From: an uncultured Chloroflexia bacterium
Lineage (GTDB): Bacteria > Chloroflexota > Limnocylindria > Limnocylindrales > CSP1-4
NCBI GenBank assembly: GCA_963707215.1
Contig: CAVPPB010000001.1
Coordinates: forward strand, 224,001-288,000
Length of the DNA: 64,000 nt
Direction: 5' to 3'
Shown here: piece by piece, positions 33,510 to 45,946 of the stretch
Position numbering within the stretch: the stretch's first letter is position 1
How the letters are laid out: the number at the start of each line of letters is the position of its first letter
Notes under the pieces: generated by a model
What the model was told of the DNA's origin: nothing
What the model saw: only the letters and a program-made list of their open reading frames with translations
Databases searched by the model: none
Program-made: the position numbers and the translations under genes

Positions 33510-34018
33510 ATGCAGGACGCCGATCTGTTCCTCGAGCTGGCGGCGATCGCCGGCGTGTTCGTCGGCTTCGGAGCGCTCATCGCCGTTCGGGGCGGTGGCG
33601 CGAGCGACACGTTCGAGGTCGCCTCATGCGCGGCGTCGTCTCGATGGGGTTGCTGACGGTCGTGGGGGCCCTCGCCCCGGTCACCTTCGGCCGCTACGAC
33701 CTCTCCGAGCACGAGGTGTGGGCGCTCAGCAGCGTCGTGCTCCTGGTCGGCGTCGTCGGCGTGGCGGCTGCCATCTCCCTGAGCCCGGAGAGCAGAGCGG
33801 CAGAGATGGAGCTCCCAAGGTGGGTCGAGCGCGTCGCGATGGCGGTCTGGGTGCTCTGGACCATCGCGATCCTGCTCACGCCGATCGTCATCCTGTCGGG
33901 CGTGGCACCGGACCTCGAAGCTGCGCTCTACTTCACGGTCGTCGTGCTGATCCTGCTCTGGACCGCGTTCCTCCTCCTCCAGATGGTCTTTCGGCGGCGA
34001 GAGGCCGCGGCCGCCTGA
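33510..34018 (+). pseudogene. Membrane protein (cassette gene 2) with a one-base frameshift near 33625
   Basis: SD GGAGG plus ATG 33510 reads MQDADLFLELAAIAGVFVGFGALIAVR. It continues in another frame as MRGVVSMGLL... (33626-34018). Confidence 0.65.
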
Positions 34019-34020
34019 GA

Positions 34021-34054
34021 CGGCCAGCCCACGACCGGGCGGGGCGGTTCGGCG
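34021..34054 (+). repeat. Intergenic repeat, degenerate copy D
   Basis: CGGCCAGCCCACGACCGGGCG directly after the stop codon, matching the core CCAGCCCACGGCCGGGCG with one mismatch. Confidence 0.55.
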
Positions 34055-34274
34055 GGTAGGGGTTCTCCCGCTGGACGGGCACGAGGGCCGCCGCCGACCG
34101 GCGGCCCACGACACGGCGGCCCACGGCCTTCGGCCAGGCACCAGCGCCCCCGGTGGGTGAGCGCCCCGCCGGGGCAGATCGACGAGCGAGCGGTAGATCG
34201 CTCGCGGGACCCGGGGCGGAACCTCGTACGGATGAGGACCGTCTGGTGGGAGAACGCGTCCATAGGAGGTTGGG

Positions 34275-34658
34275 ATGAAGGTCTTGCGGGTACTGCCAGT
34301 GCTGGCCGCCGCTGTAGCGGTGATGGTCGGCGCGGCGATGGTCATCGGTGCGTCGCCGGCCGGGACTCAGATCCGAGCTGAAGTCGCCCCGCACTTCTCC
34401 CAGGAGGGTCTGGTGCCGGGAGACCCACTCGCCGGGGGCACGCTGCTCCTCTACGACGGCAACGAGGTGGTGTTCAGCGCAACTCTGGATGCAGACGGTG
34501 CCGTCGTCGTCAGTCCCGATCCGGGCGTGTACGACGTGCAGGTGCAGCTCGACAGCGCGCAGGACCCCCTCTGTTCCTGGGGCGCCACGGCGTTCGGCGT
34601 CGAGTTCCCCGCGTCGTCACTTGAGCTCGAAGCAGGCTTCACCTGCGCCGGCAACTGA
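34275..34658 (+). CDS. Small secreted protein (cassette gene 3)
   Basis: AGGAGG SD, signal peptide, beta-rich domain with two Cys. Confidence 0.75.
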   Translation: MKVLRVLPVLAAAVAVMVGAAMVIGASPAGTQIRAEVAPHFSQEGLVPGDPLAGGTLLLYDGNEVVFSATLDADGAVVVSPDPGVYDVQVQLDSAQDPLCSWGATAFGVEFPASSLELEAGFTCAGN

Positions 34659-34802
34659 GTCCGATCTCCGTCAGGATCGCGGCGTTCGCTCTCGCTGGGC
34701 GTGCGCTGTGACCCAGGCAGGCCGGCTGAGCTTCGTCCCCTGAACTAGACGGCTCGGTGGTCGCCGGGATCCACCGTGCACGGCCCCCGCTCCGGGGCCG
34801 GC

Positions 34803-34866
34803 CGGCGCGATCTCGTTGACCCAGGGGCGGAAGGCGACCAGCCCACGGCCGGGCGACGGGGGTCGC
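34803..34866 (+). repeat. Intergenic repeat copy B
   Basis: CGGCGCGATCTC-N10-GGGCGGAAGGCGACCAGCCCACGGCCGGGCGACGGGGGTCGC. Confidence 0.85.
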
Positions 34867-34900
34867 AACACGCTGACCAGTCGGCCGTCCTCAGGTCAAG

Positions 34901-35146
34901 ATGAACGGCTACGACCTGGTCGCCGCGGGGTTGCTCATCCTCGCGCTCGCACCCGTGGAACTCGATCCGCTACTGATCGTCGTCAGTCTCGTTGGCCTCG
35001 GGTTCATGGCTGTCGCCTGGGTCGCATGGAACGCTCCTCAACGGCGGAGCAGCAGCGCGCTGACCTACCTGGCGATCGGCCTGTTCGTTCTGGGCTTCGC
35101 ACTCCTCGTCGCGCCGCCACTGGTCGCCCTGGCGGCCCTTGGGTAG
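34901..35146 (+). CDS. Small 3-TM membrane protein (cassette gene 4)
   Basis: 81 aa, almost entirely hydrophobic, bracketed by repeats B and C. Confidence 0.55.
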   Translation: MNGYDLVAAGLLILALAPVELDPLLIVVSLVGLGFMAVAWVAWNAPQRRSSSALTYLAIGLFVLGFALLVAPPLVALAALG

Positions 35147-35167
35147 GTCCGGGCTGACCCGCGTCGA

Positions 35168-35207
35168 GGCGACCAGCTCACGGCCGGGCGACGGGGGCCG
35201 TTCGCGG
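35168..35207 (+). repeat. Intergenic repeat copy C
   Basis: AGGCGACCAGCTCACGGCCGGGCGACGGGGGCCGTTCGCG, one substitution in the core relative to copy A. Confidence 0.85.
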
Positions 35208-35336
35208 TCTGCTAGCCGTCGCGGGCCGAGATGGCGAGGGTGACGAGGATCGTCACGTACCCGGCACACTGTCCCGCCGCGTAGTGGCCGGACGCGGCCG
35301 TCCATCGGGCGGCGAGGGCACGTCACGAGGGAGGAC

Positions 35337-35411
35337 TGGCTCCGGCGGTAGGATTCGAACCTACGACCAAGCGGTTAACAGCCGCCCGCTCTACCACTGA
35401 GCTACGCCGGA
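35337..35411 (-). tRNA. tRNA-Asn (GTT)
   Basis: Minus strand TCCGGCGTAGCTCAGTGGTAGAGC...CTGTTAA...GGTTCGAATCC...CGCCGGAGCCA. Forms a cloverleaf with encoded CCA. Confidence 0.97.
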
Positions 35412-35559
35412 GCGGTCACGATCGCCACCGGGGCGACCGGGCGCCACGAGCGAGTCGCGCGCGAGGCGGAAGGATAGCAGGTCGGCCGCCCGATGGCCGC
35501 CGGTCCGCCGTCGGAGGCCGGCGCGGGGGCGCCTCGGAAGCCGCTGGCATACTCCCCGC

Positions 35560-36436
35560 GTGACGACCTCGCCGCTCATCCCGGTCGACGAGCTTGCCGG
35601 GCGCCTGCTGGGGACCGATCGCGATCCTGCGCTGCGGGTCTGCGATGTCCGCTGGTACCTGGGTCGCCCGGGCGAGGGACGGGCCGCCTACGAGGCAGGA
35701 CATCTCCCCGGCGCGGCCTTCATCGACCTGGACGAGGATCTCGCCGATCCGCCGGGGCCAGGGCGCCATCCCCTCCCCGACCCGGGCCGGTTCGTGGCAC
35801 GGCTGGCGGAGCTCGGCATCGGTCGAGAGAACGAGGTCGTCGCCTACGACGATGCCGGCGGCGGGATCGCCGCGCGCCTCTGGTGGATGCTCGACGACCT
35901 CGGCCACGAGTGGGTCCGCGTCCTGGACGGGGGGCTGCAGTGCCTGGACCGCGGCTGGCCTTCCGCTGATGGTCGAGGCCCTCCCCCATCCCCCGGCCGA
36001 GCCCATCGAGGCTCGCCCGTGGCGCCGCACGATCGACGCGGACACGCTGGCCGACCGCCTCGGCGAGCTCACCCTCGTCGACGTCCGCGCGCCCGAGCGC
36101 TACCGGGGCGAGGTCGAGCCGATCGACCCCAAGGCGGGCCACATCCCGACCGCGGTGAACGCGCCGATCGGCGGGAACCTCGGGCCGGAGGGCCGATTCC
36201 TGGCTCCGGTCGAGCTCGCGGCTCGGTATCGCGCGCTCGGTCCGGCCGGGCGCGAGGTCGTGCTCTACTGCGGCAGCGGCGCCAACGCCTGCCAGGGAGC
36301 CCTGGCCATGCGTATCGCCGGGCTCCCCGACCCGACCGTCTACGCCGGCTCGTTCAGCGATTGGAGTCGCGCCGACCGCGAGGTCCTCGCCGCGGCCGAG
36401 CCAGGGACACCCGCCGAGCCGGGGTCGCCCGGCTGA
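35560..36436 (+). CDS. Tandem-rhodanese sulfurtransferase (SseA-like) with a one-base frameshift near 35941
   Basis: GHLPGA, GRHPLP and VLDGG lie in one frame. DVRAPERYRGEVEPID, GHIP, YCGSG and YAGSFSDW lie in the next. Removing one base from CAGTGCC restores GGLQAWTAAG. Confidence 0.85.
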
Positions 36437-36448
36437 CCGACCGGCAGG

Positions 36449-37846
36449 CTAGTGGCCCAGCGACCGCCAGAACCAGCGGACCGGGGCAGCCGGCGTTCCG
36501 GTGACCGCCTCGAGCCGGTCGCCGGCCCACATGAGCGCGGTCACGGCATTGACCCCGAGCCAGCGGAACGGCTCGGGCTCCCAGCGGGGCGACCGGTGGC
36601 CGACCCACGGCAGCTCGGTCAGCTCGCTCTGTCGACCCAGCACCAGGTCGGCGACCGTGCGCGCCGCCAGGTTCGAGGTCGCGACCCCGTCGCCGACGTA
36701 ACCGCCCGCCCAGGCGAGACCGCTGCTCCGGTCGAAGCCGACGGAGGGATACCAGTCGCGGGGGATGCCCAGGTTGCCGCCCCAGGCGTGGGTGAAGCGG
36801 ACGTCGGCGAGGGCCGGCAGCAGCTCGCGGAGCACGTTCCGAAGCATCCGGTGGACCCGGGCGTCGCGGTCGAAGGCCGGGCGGATCGTCGACCCGAAGT
36901 GATAGGGCGCCCCGCGGCCCCCGAAGGCGATCCGCCCGTCGGCGGTGCGCTGGCCGTAGATCTTCAGGTGCCGTTTGTCGGTGAAGGTCTCGCGCCCCTC
37001 GAGGCCGATCCGTGACAGCATCTCCGCGGGCAGCGGCTCGGTCGCCACCATGAGCGAGTACATCGGGAGGATCGAGCGCCGGAGACCCGGGATCCCCGGC
37101 GCATAGCCCTCCAGGGCCGGCAGGACGACCTCGGCCCGGATCGTCCCGTGGGTGGTCTCGACCCGACCGGGGCCGATCGACGCGGCGGGAGTCCGCTCGT
37201 GGATCGGGACGCCAAGTCGCTCGACCGCGTCGGCCAGGCCTCGCACCAGCCTGAGCGGGTCGAGGGCCGCACAGTGCGGCACGAAGGTGCCACCAAGGAC
37301 CCTTGAGCCGTTCAGATGTCGGCGGGCCTCGGTCGCGTCGAGGAGGCGCAGGTGGTCGTCGCCCAGGCCCAGGGTGCGGACGCTCGCCACGTCGGCCCGG
37401 GCACGCGCGAGCTGGGCCCGGCTCCGGGCGACCGACACGGCACCGCCCTTTCGGAAGCCGCACTCGATGCCCTCGTCTGCGGCGATCCGCCCGACCTCGT
37501 CGACCGAGCCGTCGAGCGCCGCCTGGAGGGCGAGGACACGCCCGCGGTCCGCATCGCGGCCCAGGCGACGGAACGAGGCCGGGAACATCGCCACGCACCA
37601 GCCGCCGTTCCGCCCGGACGCACCGTAGCCAGCGATCTCGCGCTCGACGATCTCGATGCGCAGGCCCGGGTCCAGGCGCTTCAGGTAGTAGGCGGTCCAG
37701 AGGCCGGTGTACCCGGCGCCGACGATCGCGACATCGACGTGGCGGTCGCCGGGCAGCCGCGGACGGGGCGCAAGCGCGCCAGGGTACAGATCGTGCCAGA
37801 GGCTCAGGTCGCGGTACTGTCCTTCGGGTAGCGGCGGCTCGCTCAC
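36449..37846 (-). CDS. FAD-dependent oxidoreductase (DadA/PuuB-like)
   Basis: [28 protein letters not shown] and WEPEPFRW motifs. Confidence 0.88.
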   Translation of the reverse strand: MSEPPLPEGQYRDLSLWHDLYPGALAPRPRLPGDRHVDVAIVGAGYTGLWTAYYLKRLDPGLRIEIVEREIAGYGASGRNGGWCVAMFPASFRRLGRDADRGRVLALQAALDGSVDEVGRIAADEGIECGFRKGGAVSVARSRAQLARARADVASVRTLGLGDDHLRLLDATEARRHLNGSRVLGGTFVPHCAALDPLRLVRGLADAVERLGVPIHERTPAASIGPGRVETTHGTIRAEVVLPALEGYAPGIPGLRRSILPMYSLMVATEPLPAEMLSRIGLEGRETFTDKRHLKIYGQRTADGRIAFGGRGAPYHFGSTIRPAFDRDARVHRMLRNVLRELLPALADVRFTHAWGGNLGIPRDWYPSVGFDRSSGLAWAGGYVGDGVATSNLAARTVADLVLGRQSELTELPWVGHRSPRWEPEPFRWLGVNAVTALMWAGDRLEAVTGTPAAPVRWFWRSLGH

Positions 37847-37944
37847 GGGGCCAGTCTAGGTGGCGACGAGCCATGGTGGACGACAGGGTCTACGCTGGTT
37901 CGGGGGCGTCCGGTGTGCGAGGCGGGCCCCCGGAAAGGACCCCG

Positions 37945-40341
37945 ATGACGGACATCGCCAAGACCCCCTCGGACCTCGGTCGCCGTCCCTACGAGGGCCC
38001 GCTCTCGCCCGCCGAGCTCGAGGGGATCGATGCCTGGTGGCGCGCCGCCAACTACCTCTCGGTCGGCCAGATCTACCTCCTTGACAACCCCCTCCTCCGG
38101 GAGCCGCTGCGTCCGGAACACATCAAGCCGAGGCTCCTGGGTCACTGGGGCACGACGCCCGGTCTGAACTTCGTCTACGCCCACCTGAACCGGGTCGTCC
38201 GCGACCGGGACCTGGACGCGATCTGGATCGTGGGCCCGGGGCACGGAGGGCCGGCGGCCGTCGCCAACGCCTACCTCGAGGGCACCTACTCGGAGGTGTA
38301 CCCCGACGTCTCGCTCGACGTGACGGGCCTCCGCGAGCTGTTCCGCCAGTTCTCGTTCCCGGGAGGTGTCGGCAGCCACGTCACGCCCGAGACGCCGGGC
38401 TCGATCCACGAGGGCGGGGAGCTCGGCTATGCACTCACGCACGCCTACGGCGCGGTCTTCGACGATCCTGACCTCGTCGCCTTCTGCATCATCGGCGATG
38501 GCGAGGCCGAGACCGGGCCGCTCGCAGCCAGCTGGCACTCGACCAAGTTCGTCAACCCGGCGATCGACGGAACCGTCGTCCCGATCCTCCACCTCAACGG
38601 CTACAAGATCGCGAACCCGACGGTGCTCGCCCGGATCTCCCACGAGGAGCTCGAGGCGCTCCTGGTCGGCTATGGTCATCGTCCGATCTTCGTCGAGGGC
38701 GAGGAGCCGGCTCGGATGCACCAGGCGATGGCGGCCGCGCTCGACGAGGCACTCGACGAGATCGGCGCGATCCAGGCCCGAGCCCGGGCCGGCATGCGGC
38801 CCGAGCGACCGCGCTGGCCGATGATCGTGCTCCGCAGCCCGAAGGGCTGGACCGGGCCGAAAGAGGTCGACGGCAAGCCGACGGAGGGGAGCTTCCGCTC
38901 GCACCAGGTCCCGCTGGCCAACGTACGGACCGACCCGTCCCACCTGGCCCAGCTGGACGCCTGGCTCCGCAGCTACCGACCCGAGGAGCTGTTCCGCGAG
39001 GACGGGGCCGTCGTCGGGTCGGTGACCTCCCAGGCGCCGCCCAGGTCGCGACGGATCAGCTCCAATCCCAAGACCAACGGCGGCCTGCTCGTCCACGAGC
39101 TGAGCATCCCCGACTTCCGTGACTACGCCGTCGAGGTGACGGCGCCCGGGACCGAGCGGAGCGAGGCGACCCGGGTCCTGGGCTCGTTCCTCAGGGACAT
39201 CATCGCCCGCAACCCGCGCACGTTCCGCCTCTTCGGCCCGGACGAGACGGCCTCGAACCGCCTGTCGGCCGTCTTCGAGGCGACCGACCGGACCTGGATG
39301 GCCGAGACGCTCCCGACCGATGACCACCTGGCACCTGACGGGCGGGTCATGGAGGTCCTCTCGGAGCACCTCTGCGAGGGCTGGCTGGAGGGCTACCTCC
39401 TGACCGGTCGGCATGGCGTCTTCAACTGCTATGAGGCCTTCATCCACATCATCGACTCGATGTTCAACCAGCACGCGAAGTGGCTGAAGATGACCCGTGA
39501 GATCCCCTGGCGCCGGCCCATCCCGTCGCTGAACTACCTGCTCTCGAGCCACGTCTGGCGCCAGGACCACAACGGTTTCAGCCACCAGGACCCGGGCTTC
39601 ATCGACCACGTCGTCAACAAGAAGGCCGAGGTCATCCGGGTCTACCTGCCCCCGGACGCCAACACGCTCCTCTCGGTCGCCGATCACTGCCTTCGGAGCC
39701 GCGACTACGTCAACGTCATCGTGGCCGGCAAGCAGCCCGGGCTCGACTACCTCTCGATGGACGAGGCCGTGCTGCACGCCACGCGAGGGATCGGGATCTG
39801 GGACTGGGCGAGCAACGATGACGGCGAGCCCGATGTGATCATGGCCTGCTGCGGCGACATCCCGACGCTCGAGACGCTGGCCGCCGTCGACCTGATGCGC
39901 CAGCATCTGCCCGACCTCCGTCTCCGGGTCATCAACGTCGTCGACCTGATGCGCCTCCAGACCGACACGGAGCACCCCCACGGGCTCTCCGACCGGGAGT
40001 TCGACACGCTGTTCACGAAGGACCGCCCGATCATCTTCGCCTACCACGGCTACCCGTGGCTCATCCACCGACTCGCCTACCGGCGGACGAACCACGGAAA
40101 CCTCCACGTCCGTGGCTACAAGGAGGAAGGCACGGTCACGACGCCGTTCGACATGGTCATGCGCAACGACCTCGACCGGTTCCACCTGGTGATGGACGTC
40201 ATCGACCGGGTACCCGGGCTCGGTTCGCAGGCAGCCGCGCTGCGCCAGACGATGTTCGACGAACGGGTCCGAGCGAGGATCCACGTGCGCGAGGTCGGCG
40301 AAGACCCGCCGGCGATCCGCGACTGGACCTGGGGTCACTGA
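37945..40341 (+). CDS. xfp: Xylulose-5-P/fructose-6-P phosphoketolase
   Basis: [37 protein letters not shown] and [12 protein letters not shown] motifs. Confidence 0.96.
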   Translation: MTDIAKTPSDLGRRPYEGPLSPAELEGIDAWWRAANYLSVGQIYLLDNPLLREPLRPEHIKPRLLGHWGTTPGLNFVYAHLNRVVRDRDLDAIWIVGPGHGGPAAVANAYLEGTYSEVYPDVSLDVTGLRELFRQFSFPGGVGSHVTPETPGSIHEGGELGYALTHAYGAVFDDPDLVAFCIIGDGEAETGPLAASWHSTKFVNPAIDGTVVPILHLNGYKIANPTVLARISHEELEALLVGYGHRPIFVEGEEPARMHQAMAAALDEALDEIGAIQARARAGMRPERPRWPMIVLRSPKGWTGPKEVDGKPTEGSFRSHQVPLANVRTDPSHLAQLDAWLRSYRPEELFREDGAVVGSVTSQAPPRSRRISSNPKTNGGLLVHELSIPDFRDYAVEVTAPGTERSEATRVLGSFLRDIIARNPRTFRLFGPDETASNRLSAVFEATDRTWMAETLPTDDHLAPDGRVMEVLSEHLCEGWLEGYLLTGRHGVFNCYEAFIHIIDSMFNQHAKWLKMTREIPWRRPIPSLNYLLSSHVWRQDHNGFSHQDPGFIDHVVNKKAEVIRVYLPPDANTLLSVADHCLRSRDYVNVIVAGKQPGLDYLSMDEAVLHATRGIGIWDWASNDDGEPDVIMACCGDIPTLETLAAVDLMRQHLPDLRLRVINVVDLMRLQTDTEHPHGLSDREFDTLFTKDRPIIFAYHGYPWLIHRLAYRRTNHGNLHVRGYKEEGTVTTPFDMVMRNDLDRFHLVMDVIDRVPGLGSQAAALRQTMFDERVRARIHVREVGEDPPAIRDWTWGH

Positions 40342-40354
40342 GGCGGAGGTCCCG

Positions 40355-41512
40355 ATGCGCGTCCTCGCACTCAATGCCGGGTCGAGCTCACTCAAGGCGA
40401 GTGTCGTCGGGGGTGGTCGGGCCCTGGCCCGGAGCGCCGTCGGCTGGGGCACGGACGCCAGCCGGATCGAAGACCGTGGGCCGGGGATCGGGGCCGTCCT
40501 GTCCGACTTGGCGGGACAGGGCATCGACCCGGCCTCGATCGGGGCGGTCGGCCACCGGGTCGTCCATGGTGGGCCGACGCTCGTCGCCTCGACCCGGATC
40601 GACGACGCGGTCCTCGCGACGATCGACGGGCTCAGCGAGCTGGCGCCGCTCCATAACGTCGTCGCGATGGAGACGATCCGGGCGGCCCGCGTCACCTTGC
40701 CTGATCTGCCCCACGTAGCGTGCTTCGACACGGCGTTCCACGCGAGGCTGCCTGGGTCGGCGCGGCGCTACCCGGTCCCGACGTGCTGGGGCTCCGACTG
40801 GGGCGTCCGCCGCTACGGATTCCACGGGCTCAGCGTGGCCTGGGCCACGAGCCGGTCTGCCGAGCTCCTGGAGCGCCGAGAGGCGGATCTGGGGCTCATC
40901 GTCGCGCACCTCGGCAGCGGCTGCTCCGTCACCGCCGTCCAGGGCGGTCGGTCCGTCGCCACCTCGATGGGCCTGACCCCGCTCGAGGGACTCATGATGG
41001 GGACCCGGGCCGGCTCGATCGACCCCGGCATCCTCCTCTACCTGCTTCGGACGGGTCGGAGCTCGCTCGACGAGCTGGCGGAGGCGCTCGATCACGGGTC
41101 GGGGCTCCTGGCAGTGTCGGAGCGGACCTCGGACGTGCGCGATCTCGAGGCGGCTGCCGACGCTGGGGACGCCCGAGCCACCCTGGCGCTGGAGATGTTC
41201 GTCGAGCGGGCCGCTGCCGGCATCGCGGCGGCGGCCACCGCGCTCGATCGGCTCGACGCCGTCACCTTCACCGGTGGGATCGGCGAGCACGCCGGTCGGG
41301 TCCGGGCCTCCATCGTCGGGCACCTGAGGGTCCTCGGCCTGGCCGCGGTCAGCGACCTGGAGTCCGGCGAGGACCGGGTCCTCGCCGTCGACCGGGCCGC
41401 CGAGCGGCGGTCACCGACTCCGGGCACGATCGGGCCCGTGGCCCTCCGGGTCGAGGCCCGCGAGGATCTCGTCATCGCCCGGGAGGTCGAGGTCCTCGTC
41501 CCGGCGGACTGA
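40355..41512 (+). CDS. ackA: Acetate kinase
   Basis: NAGSSSLK, GHRVVHGG, APLHN, FDTAFH, RRYGFHG, TSMGLTPLEG and FTGGIGE motifs. Confidence 0.93.
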   Translation: MRVLALNAGSSSLKASVVGGGRALARSAVGWGTDASRIEDRGPGIGAVLSDLAGQGIDPASIGAVGHRVVHGGPTLVASTRIDDAVLATIDGLSELAPLHNVVAMETIRAARVTLPDLPHVACFDTAFHARLPGSARRYPVPTCWGSDWGVRRYGFHGLSVAWATSRSAELLERREADLGLIVAHLGSGCSVTAVQGGRSVATSMGLTPLEGLMMGTRAGSIDPGILLYLLRTGRSSLDELAEALDHGSGLLAVSERTSDVRDLEAAADAGDARATLALEMFVERAAAGIAAAATALDRLDAVTFTGGIGEHAGRVRASIVGHLRVLGLAAVSDLESGEDRVLAVDRAAERRSPTPGTIGPVALRVEAREDLVIAREVEVLVPAD

Positions 41513-41587
41513 ACGCCCGGGCCAGGAGACCCACCCAGCCCGCTAGACTCGGGTCGTGACCGCCGGCAGACCCCTGGTACCGCTCCG

Positions 41588-43018
41588 GTGACCCAGCTCC
41601 AGGGTCGGCGTCCCGGTGACCGTCGCATCCGCATCGAGCGGGCCCGTCCGCAGGAGCACGTCGTCGCCGCGCCCAGGCGGGTCCGGCCGCCGCCACCTCC
41701 CGGCCTGATCCTCGTCGCCGGGTTCGCGATCGCGGTCGCGATCGGGACGATCCTCCTCTTGCCGCCGTACGCGTCGGCCTCGGGGGCGTGGACCGATCCG
41801 CTCACGGCCCTCTTCACGGCCACCTCCGCCGTCTGCGTGACCGGGCTCGTGGTCGTCGACACGGCCACCCATTGGAGCGCGCTCGGCCAGCTGATCATCC
41901 TGGTCCTCATCCAGGCCGGAGGCTTCGGGATCATGACCAGCTCGACGCTGCTGCTCTTCCTGCTGGTCCGGGGCCGGACCCGGCTCCGTGACCGGGTCCT
42001 GGTCCAGGAGTCGACCGGCACGCCACAGCTCGGCGACGTGGTCGCCGTCATCCGCAAGGTCGCCATCTTCACCCTCATCGCCGAGCTGGCGGGGGCGGCG
42101 ATCCTGGCCGCCTCGTTCTTCGTCGGAGATGACACGAGCGGCCCGCTCGAAGCGACCTGGTGGGGCGTCTTCCATTCGATCTCGGCCTTCAACAACGCCG
42201 GGTTCGACCTCACCGGCGGGTTCCGTAGCCTGGCCCCGTTCGCCGACGACTGGGTCGTCCTGGGAGCCATCGGCTTCCTCATCGTCATCGGGGGCCTGGG
42301 CTTCGCCATCGTCGACGACGTCGTCTCGAAGCGCCGCTGGGACCGCCTCGGTCTCGAGGCGAAGGTCGTCCTCCTCACCAGCGCGCTGCTGCTCGTCGGC
42401 GGGGCGGTCGTGATCGCCGTCCTCGAGTGGGACAACCCGGCGACCCTCGGAGCCCAGGCCGAGCCGCAGCGGCTCCTCAACGCCACCTTCGAATCGATCT
42501 CCCTGCGGACCGCCGGCTTCAGCTCGATGAACGTGACCGCCTACGTGGACGGCACGCTCTTCATCGTGATGGCCCTCATGTTCATCGGCGGCGCGTCCGG
42601 CTCCACGGCCGGGGGCATCAAGGTGAGCACCTTCAGCACCCTGTTCATCGCCATCGCCTCGACCGCCCGTGGCCGAACGTCGGCCGAGGCCTTCGGTCGA
42701 CGCATCAGCCAAACGGTCGTCTACCGCGCGCTCACGGTGGCCCTGCTCGCGGTCGCCTTCGTCTTCGTCGTCGGCCTCGTCCTGACGATCACGAGCGACC
42801 TGCGCTTCGTCGAGGTCCTCTTCGAGGCCGTCTCGGCGTTCGGCACGAACGGGACCACGACCGGCATCACCCGCCAGCTCGGCGAAGGAAGTCAGCTGGT
42901 CGTCATCGTGACCATGTTCATCGGCCGGCTGGGCCCCCTCACCCTGGTCCTGATCCTGGCCAGCCGGGCACGGCCATCCCGCTATCGCCCGGCCGTCGAG
43001 TCGATGCGGATCGGCTGA
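41588..43018 (+). CDS. ktrB: Ktr/Trk potassium uptake membrane subunit
   Basis: SAVCVTGL, SAFNNAGF, RTAGF, GSTAGGIK and SAFGTNG selectivity-filter motifs. Confidence 0.9.
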   Translation: MTQLQGRRPGDRRIRIERARPQEHVVAAPRRVRPPPPPGLILVAGFAIAVAIGTILLLPPYASASGAWTDPLTALFTATSAVCVTGLVVVDTATHWSALGQLIILVLIQAGGFGIMTSSTLLLFLLVRGRTRLRDRVLVQESTGTPQLGDVVAVIRKVAIFTLIAELAGAAILAASFFVGDDTSGPLEATWWGVFHSISAFNNAGFDLTGGFRSLAPFADDWVVLGAIGFLIVIGGLGFAIVDDVVSKRRWDRLGLEAKVVLLTSALLLVGGAVVIAVLEWDNPATLGAQAEPQRLLNATFESISLRTAGFSSMNVTAYVDGTLFIVMALMFIGGASGSTAGGIKVSTFSTLFIAIASTARGRTSAEAFGRRISQTVVYRALTVALLAVAFVFVVGLVLTITSDLRFVEVLFEAVSAFGTNGTTTGITRQLGEGSQLVVIVTMFIGRLGPLTLVLILASRARPSRYRPAVESMRIG

Positions 43019-43057
43019 GACCCATGAACGACCCGACCCCCGCACCCAGGAGGCGTC

Positions 43058-43705
43058 ATGAAGCTCCAGGTCATCGTCATCGGACTCGGCCGCTTCGGCT
43101 CCGCGGCCGCCCGCGAGCTCCATCGGCTGGGTCACGAGGTCCTCGCGATCGACCGCGACGAGGCGACCGTCAACGACATCGCCCGCGACGTCACCCACGC
43201 CGTCCAGCTCGATGCCAGCGACGAGGACGCCCTGGCGGCCGTGGGCGCCAAGGACTTCGGAGCGGCGATCGTGGCGATCGCGTCCTCGGCCGAGGCCAGC
43301 ATCTTCGCGACCATGGCCCTCAAGAAGCTGGGGGTCCCGATCGTCGTGGCCAAGGCCGCCACGAACCTCCACGGCTCGATCCTCGAGCGGGTCGGGGCGG
43401 ACAGGGTCGTCTATCCGGAGCAGGAGACGGGGGCACGGGTCGCCCACTCGTTCGCCATCCCCAACATCGTCGACTACCTCGACATCGCGCCCCAGTTCGG
43501 GATCGAGCGGATCCGGCCGCCGAAGAGCTTCATCGGCAGGAGCCTCCGCGAGATCGACCTCCAGGGCCGCCTCAAGCTGACCCCGATCGCTCTCCGCCGT
43601 GGCAACAACGTCATCGTCAACCCGCACCGCGACGAGCGGATCGGCGTAGGCGACGAGCTCGTCCTCATCGGCCGCGACGACCACCTGGAGCAGCTCGTCG
43701 AGTAG
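43058..43705 (+). CDS. ktrA: Ktr/Trk potassium uptake RCK subunit
   Basis: VIGLGRFG, RCK_N and RCK_C domains, GADRVVYPE motif. Confidence 0.92.
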   Translation: MKLQVIVIGLGRFGSAAARELHRLGHEVLAIDRDEATVNDIARDVTHAVQLDASDEDALAAVGAKDFGAAIVAIASSAEASIFATMALKKLGVPIVVAKAATNLHGSILERVGADRVVYPEQETGARVAHSFAIPNIVDYLDIAPQFGIERIRPPKSFIGRSLREIDLQGRLKLTPIALRRGNNVIVNPHRDERIGVGDELVLIGRDDHLEQLVE

Positions 43706-43777
43706 TGAGCCCGGGCACCGGCGCAACGATCTGCCGGGCAGCAGGCCCCTGGGCTTGGCCGGGCGCGCCCGGGCGGC

Positions 43778-43951
43778 CTAGGGCAGGCGCTCGACGACCA
43801 GCAGGAAGTCCACCCGCGGCGCCCACAGGACGTGGATGGTGACGTTCGGGACGATCGCGACCACCTCGCCCTTGAGGCCATTGAGGAAGCGTTCCAGGTT
43901 CGCCTGGTCCCGGGTCATCCGGATGTCGAAGCGGTGGACGCGGTAGCGCAT
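43778..43951 (-). CDS. Small hypothetical protein (57 aa), absent from the ORF track
   Basis: SD GGAGG then ATG. Reads MRYRVHRFDIRMTRDQANLERFLNGLKGEVVAIVPNVTIHVLWAPRVDFLLVVERLP with strong GC3 bias. Confidence 0.75.
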   Translation of the reverse strand: MRYRVHRFDIRMTRDQANLERFLNGLKGEVVAIVPNVTIHVLWAPRVDFLLVVERLP

Positions 43952-44196
43952 CAGGGCACCTCCCTCCGTAGAGGCTAGGCACGGCGCGCGCCGCGGACCA
44001 GAGCCGAAGGGACGAACGACCGCGCTCGCGCGACGGGTCGACGTCGAGGACGATCACCGACCGGTCCGGCGGGATCGGCTTCGCCGGTGTCGCGCTTCGG
44101 GTCTGTCCGGCCGTCGAACTCGGGCCGCCGCCGCCGCACGGATGGGGCATCTGGCGGCGGCGCGTCCGCCGACGCCGCCCGGGTGCCGGGAGGCTG

Positions 44197-45897
<1,701 letters not shown>

Positions 45898-45946
45898 CGG
45901 GTCACCTCCTGGTGGCGGGGCTGGGGATCGAGCTGGGGTCGATCGG

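Noticed and set aside
33359-35207. Repeats as a CRISPR array or classical integron attC sites
   Set aside because: The spacers are gene-sized and irregular, there is no cas or intI gene, and there are no RYYYAAC/GTTRRRY ends.
27562-35336. Integrative element at tRNA-Asn with a duplicated tRNA 3' end
   Set aside because: No second copy of the tRNA 3' end and no integrase were found.
35930-35950. Programmed frameshift in the sulfurtransferase (and at 33625)
   Set aside because: No canonical slippery heptamer or stimulatory structure is evident. A sequencing error or simple mutation is more likely.
37945-43705. xfp-ackA and ktrBA as novel systems
   Set aside because: These are well-known gene pairs with ordinary motifs, and no riboswitch is visible in the short gap before ktrB.
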